Virus record (IMG/VR): IMGVR_UViG_3300007754_000342
Span: 1-61,909 of that record
Direction: 5' to 3' (one strand)
Length of the DNA stretch: 61,909 nt
DNA from: a virus
Taxonomy: Duplodnaviria; Caudoviricetes
The position numbers and the translations under genes were made by a program. Shown here piece by piece: positions 57,579 to 61,909 of this stretch (position 1 is its first letter; each line of letters opens with the position of its first letter). The notes below the pieces were generated by a model. It saw only the letters and a program-made list of their open reading frames with translations, did no database searches and was not told the origin of the DNA.

Positions 57579-58486
57579 TGATTAATATATTAATAACAGA
57601 TGCTGGTGGGGCCGCTGCAGTTGGTGTTTTAAAGTCTTTAAAAAATAGAGATGATGTTAAAGTTATAGCTTGTGATGCTAATCCGTTATCAACTGGACTA
57701 TATTTAGCAGATAGGAATTATACAATACCTACGATATATGATATTAACTTTGTAGAGGTAGTGTTTAATATTTTAAAGAAAGAAAAAATAGATGTTGTCT
57801 TCCCAACTGGTGGCCACGATTTACTTTGGTGGTCTGAAAATAGAGATACGTTTAAAGATATGGGTGTAACATTAATGATGTCGGATTATAAATCTATTCA
57901 GAAGTGTGTTGATAAATTATTGTTCTATGAAACTTGTAAAGATAATTTTCCATTACCAAAAACTTATGATACATATCCAAATAGCAGTCGTATATTATTT
58001 ATGAAACCAGTTCATGGTAAGGGTAGTGTTGGAGCTAAACTGGTACAAGGGTACAAGGATGTTCCTGATGACCAACCATATCTATTTCAAGAAAATCTAC
58101 CAGGTACTGAATGGACTATAGATGCGTTATGTGATATGGATGGAAATCCATTATCAGTTATACCGAGGAAACGTTTAGAAATAAAAGCTGGAATATCAAC
58201 CAAGGGTGTAATAGAATTGAACAAACAAATTATAGCAGAGTGTGAGGATATGTGTAGATTTTTAAATCTCAAAGGCCCTATCTGTCTTCAGATGAAAGAG
58301 GATAAAACTGGTAATCCAAAGTTTATAGAGATTAATCCAAGATTTGGCGGGTCTACAATATTCGCTACACACGCTGGTGTTAACTTCCCAAGTCTACTAT
58401 TAGATATGTACTTAGGTAAAGATATTTCAATAGATACTCCAAAGGAATACACTATATTAAGGTATTACGAAGAGATGGTGATATGA
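57578..58486 (+). CDS. ATP-grasp ligase (carbamoyl-phosphate synthase-like)
   Basis: DK, FMKP..G.GS, QENLPG.E, FIEINPRFGG. Confidence 0.88.
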   Translation: MINILITDAGGAAAVGVLKSLKNRDDVKVIACDANPLSTGLYLADRNYTIPTIYDINFVEVVFNILKKEKIDVVFPTGGHDLLWWSENRDTFKDMGVTLMMSDYKSIQKCVDKLLFYETCKDNFPLPKTYDTYPNSSRILFMKPVHGKGSVGAKLVQGYKDVPDDQPYLFQENLPGTEWTIDALCDMDGNPLSVIPRKRLEIKAGISTKGVIELNKQIIAECEDMCRFLNLKGPICLQMKEDKTGNPKFIEINPRFGGSTIFATHAGVNFPSLLLDMYLGKDISIDTPKEYTILRYYEEMVI

Positions 58487-59145
58487 TGTGGGATATGAAA
58501 TTTGGATTAAACTCATATAAATTTTTAAATTGTGATAGAGTACTATGTTTATCTGCACACCCAGATGATGCCGAATATGGTATGTTGGGTTCGTGGATAA
58601 AACATGGTGATACATTTTTTGATGTAGTTGTTTTATCAAATGGTGGTGATTTCGATGATTCTTCTGGAAATAGTAGACTTAAAGAGTGTGAAAATATTTG
58701 GGATAAGTTCAGTAATGTTAAAGGTCAGTTTGCAGATTGTGGTTATTTGAAAGATAAACCAGAAGACTATTGGGTAAATTATATTGAGACAAATTTTAAT
58801 GTCGTACACTATGATGCTATATTATCGTTACCAAAGAGAGACTCACACTTTGAACATAGAATGGTTAACAACATATCTTATGCTTTATTGAGAGGAGTTA
58901 ACGCTGGACTTGTAACTTATAGAACACCATCAACATTAGAAGAGTGGATTCCTAATTTTTATGTAGAAGTTGATGAGTTGTTATTGGATGAAAAAATAAG
59001 AGTATTGAAAGAAAACTTTGAGTCTCAAAAAGATAAGTTGTATTTTCAAGAGAAAAGTATCAAGGATTTTCACACAAATTATTTATGTTCAAAAGTTGGT
59101 GTTGATTATGTAGAACAATTTAAGGTTGAAAGACTTTATGGTTAA
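58483..59145 (+). CDS. PIG-L/LmbE family deacetylase
   Basis: SAHPDDAE, R..E, DSHFEH, SQ, E.F. Confidence 0.85.
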   Translation: MMWDMKFGLNSYKFLNCDRVLCLSAHPDDAEYGMLGSWIKHGDTFFDVVVLSNGGDFDDSSGNSRLKECENIWDKFSNVKGQFADCGYLKDKPEDYWVNYIETNFNVVHYDAILSLPKRDSHFEHRMVNNISYALLRGVNAGLVTYRTPSTLEEWIPNFYVEVDELLLDEKIRVLKENFESQKDKLYFQEKSIKDFHTNYLCSKVGVDYVEQFKVERLYG

Positions 59146-59791
59146 GTTAGAATATTTTAAAGATACTATTGGAGTTTATGAAAATTCTTTACCAAAACGT
59201 ATGTGTAATGAAATCATCGAAGAGTTTGAGAAAAAAAAGGATTTACATTATAGGGGATTTAGTTTAGGTAAACCAGATGGTAAACAAGATAGAGAATTTT
59301 TTGATGATGTTAAAAATACAAATGAAATGAGAATTAGTAATCAACAAATAGAAAAATTTGATGATTGGTGTGAAACTTTCGAAGATGTATCGTTAGATAA
59401 TGTATTAGATTTACTTGGAAAATTTGGTTATCATGATAGGTTTGAACCAAATAGTGTATTGAGTTATGGTGAAGTATTTTGGCCATTATGGAAATTAAAT
59501 TCGTATGAAAAGAATAAAGGACACTATAATGCTTTTCATACCGAACAACCATATTCAAAAGGTAGTTGTGATAGATTGTTTGTCACTATATTTTATTTGA
59601 ATGATGTCGAAGAAGGTGGTGAGACTTGTTTCCCATATTCAGATATTGAAATTAAACCTAAAGCTGGAACATCAGTTGTGTGGCCTGCTGGGTGGCCTTG
59701 GGTTCATAGAGCTAATAAACCAGTATCCAATAAAAAATATATAATAACAAGTTGGATGTGTGCTAATTGGGGTAAGGAATTGCCATGGTAA
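59138..59791 (+). CDS. 2OG-Fe(II) oxygenase (prolyl 4-hydroxylase-like)
   Basis: FHTE, YLNDVEEGGET.F, HRA..P, KY. Confidence 0.88.
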   Translation: MVKLEYFKDTIGVYENSLPKRMCNEIIEEFEKKKDLHYRGFSLGKPDGKQDREFFDDVKNTNEMRISNQQIEKFDDWCETFEDVSLDNVLDLLGKFGYHDRFEPNSVLSYGEVFWPLWKLNSYEKNKGHYNAFHTEQPYSKGSCDRLFVTIFYLNDVEEGGETCFPYSDIEIKPKAGTSVVWPAGWPWVHRANKPVSNKKYIITSWMCANWGKELPW

Positions 59792-60171
59792 AGGTTTGGA
59801 CTAATGGGTGTTTTGATTTATTACACCGAGGTCATGTAGAATTATTTAACTATGCTAAATCAGTTGGACATTGGTTAAGAGTTGGTTTGGATAGTGATGA
59901 AATGGTTAGAAAAGCTAAAGGTGTTGGTAGACCATTAAACACTTTAGAAGATAGAAAGTTTTTAGTAAACTCAATAGAAGTTGTTGACGAGGTATGTGGG
60001 TTTAATTCACATAGTGAACTGATAGAATTGTTAAAAGACTACAAACCAGATATTATGATTGTAGGTGGTGATTGGGAAGGTAAATCAATAGTTGGTGGAG
60101 TTTACACAAAAGAAATAAAATATTTTAAAAGGATTGAAGAATATTCAACTTCAAAATTAATAGATGCGTAA
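59785..60171 (+). CDS. RfaE/HldE-type nucleotidyltransferase domain
   Basis: TNGCFDLLHRGH, GLDSD..V..KG..RP.N, G.DW, YSTS. Confidence 0.9.
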   Translation: MVKVWTNGCFDLLHRGHVELFNYAKSVGHWLRVGLDSDEMVRKAKGVGRPLNTLEDRKFLVNSIEVVDEVCGFNSHSELIELLKDYKPDIMIVGGDWEGKSIVGGVYTKEIKYFKRIEEYSTSKLIDA

Positions 60172-60535
60172 ACCACAAGTAACAAATGGATGTTGTGTTC
60201 CTAAAGGTTGGGGAGAAGAAATTATCATAGAGAATAATGAAATGTATTGTGGTAAGGTTCTTATTTTTAATCAAGGTTGTAAGTTCTCAATGCATTATCA
60301 TATGATTAAAGATGAAACTTGGTATGTAGAGTATGGAGAATTTTTATATAGATGGATAGATACAGAAACGGCTGATATAAACGAAGAAAAATTAGTAGAG
60401 GGTGATGTAGTAAGACAAAGACCAGGACAACCACACCAATTAGAAGCATTATCTAATGGTAGAATATTTGAAGTATCAACTCATCACGAAGATTCAGATT
60501 CGTATAGAGTTGCAAAAGGAGATAGTCAGAAATGA
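60164..60535 (+). CDS. Cupin-domain sugar isomerase-like protein
   Basis: VPKGWGEE, YCGK, SMHYH..KDETW, H, EVST.H...DSYR. Confidence 0.8.
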   Translation: MRKPQVTNGCCVPKGWGEEIIIENNEMYCGKVLIFNQGCKFSMHYHMIKDETWYVEYGEFLYRWIDTETADINEEKLVEGDVVRQRPGQPHQLEALSNGRIFEVSTHHEDSDSYRVAKGDSQK

Positions 60536-61485
60536 AAATAGGATTTTTTACAGAAGCTGGTTACCAAGGTGGTGTACCAAGAAATCATCCAAATATGAGA
60601 ACGGATGTAGCGTGGGTTTGTGCTTTAGGGGCTCAACATCATCCATTGGAGACAATACAAACTGTACCAAAAGATAGTTACGATGTTGGTGTTGTTATAA
60701 TACCAAAGAACAAAAATCACTTGGTTAAATTTCCAATTGTTGAAGAAATAAAACGAGTTTGTAAAAAAGTATGTGTGATGCAAGAAAGTACTTATTGGTA
60801 TTGGCAAGATGACCAAATAGGTGAACAAATTTGGTACTATAATAATTTAATGGAGTCGGATTTAATATTGTGTCATAATGATGATGATTTGAATTATTAT
60901 CGTGGGATGACTAACAAAAGATGTGAATTACTACCAAGTTTAATGATTACTGATAATTTGGGTGGTAATGATTCAATACTACCCTGTGGTGGTGGAAATA
61001 AAGAAGGTGTAATTATTGGTGGTAACTTTGTTAGTATTTATAGAGGATTTGATTCTTATGTTGTAGCGGAACAATTTGGACTACCAGTTTATGCTCCAAC
61101 TACTGGTCGAATGAAACCAGAAGAGAGGGGATTAAACATTAATCATTTGGAATGGATGCAGTGGTATCAATGGATACACGTGATAAGTAAATTTTACGCC
61201 GGAGTTCAATTGGGAACGGCGGCCGCAGGAACATTTAACTTGAATTTATCGTTTCATGGAATACCCTGTATAGGTTATGAAAGTTTAAATACACAAGCTG
61301 TATTGCATCCAGAGACTACTGTTAAAGATGGACACGTAGATAAAGCTCGTGAATTAGCTGATAGACTTGCTGATGATATAGCATTTTATGAAAAATGTTC
61401 TCGTGATACAAGAAGACTATATGAACAACATTATTCAGAAGAAGTTTTTGTTAAAAAGATGATGGGGGTATTTGAATCATTATGA
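60532..61485 (+). CDS. Putative glycosyltransferase (GT-B-like)
   Basis: MKIGFF start, AAGTF.LN...GIPCIG; cluster context. Confidence 0.55.
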   Translation: MKIGFFTEAGYQGGVPRNHPNMRTDVAWVCALGAQHHPLETIQTVPKDSYDVGVVIIPKNKNHLVKFPIVEEIKRVCKKVCVMQESTYWYWQDDQIGEQIWYYNNLMESDLILCHNDDDLNYYRGMTNKRCELLPSLMITDNLGGNDSILPCGGGNKEGVIIGGNFVSIYRGFDSYVVAEQFGLPVYAPTTGRMKPEERGLNINHLEWMQWYQWIHVISKFYAGVQLGTAAAGTFNLNLSFHGIPCIGYESLNTQAVLHPETTVKDGHVDKARELADRLADDIAFYEKCSRDTRRLYEQHYSEEVFVKKMMGVFESL

Positions 61486-61909
61486 AACCAATAACATTTG
61501 TTATACCAAGTAGGAATAATCTTGACCTACTAAAATTATGTTACAAGTCTATTAAAGATTTGGGTAATGACCATCACATACTTGTACTAAATGATGCAAG
61601 TGTAGATGGTACATATGAGTGGTTAGAAACATTGGATGATGAAAATCTTCACGTCTATACAAATTCTGGACCAGATAGAGTTGGTATCGTTGGGATGTTT
61701 GATAAGGGGATTGAAATGGCATCAACAGACATTATATTCGCGTTTCATGCTGATATGTACGCTTGTCCTAATATGGATGTAGAAGTTCTAAAACATTTAG
61801 AACGAGGTAAAGTTGTATCTGCTACTCGTATTGAACCACCACTACATCCTGATGGGCCAGAAAAGATATTAATGGATTTCGGTATAGAACCTGAAGAGTT
61901 TGATGAACA
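61482..61909 (+). CDS. Glycosyltransferase family 2 (3' truncated, not in ORF track)
   Basis: MKPITFVIPSRNN...NDASVDGT...FHADM, open to the window end. Confidence 0.85.
   Translation, partial: MKPITFVIPSRNNLDLLKLCYKSIKDLGNDHHILVLNDASVDGTYEWLETLDDENLHVYTNSGPDRVGIVGMFDKGIEMASTDIIFAFHADMYACPNMDVEVLKHLERGKVVSATRIEPPLHPDGPEKILMDFGIEPEEFDE

Noticed and set aside
1-61909. Stop-codon reassignment
   Set aside because: Genes are full length in the standard code and TAA, TGA and TAG all end genes; the tRNA found has a normal Tyr anticodon.

Overview
This window is a fragment of a large, AT-rich dsDNA myovirus genome of the distantly T4-related type. All credible genes are on the + strand in the standard genetic code. 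Order: (1) 1-16 kb, tail module: collagen-like fibre with an S74 chaperone, sheath, tube, a probable frameshifted assembly chaperone, tape measure and baseplate genes. (2) 16-26 kb: thyX, a shortened family-A polymerase, an oxygenase/GT2 pair, and an island with three sigma70-type promoters carrying a tRNA-like RNA, a putative restriction-modification pair and a ~430-nt highly structured non-coding RNA. (3) 26-45 kb, replication module: SSB, RecA/UvsX, 5'-3' exonuclease, helicase, class II RNR, PolB, glutaredoxin, clamp, clamp loader, ClpP and a Cas4-like nuclease. Two paralogous GT-B glycosyltransferases here end in the same ...WF C-terminus as the polymerase. (4) 45-62 kb: a dense glycan synthesis/tailoring cluster, in which one GT2 gene is split by a tRNA-Tyr. 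Most promising leads are the large pseudoknotted ncRNA, a possibly clamp-tethered DNA glycosylation system, the tRNA-split GT, a tRNA-like RNA and an orphan pseudoknot riboswitch candidate. All calls come from motif recognition by eye; no searches or folding programs were run.
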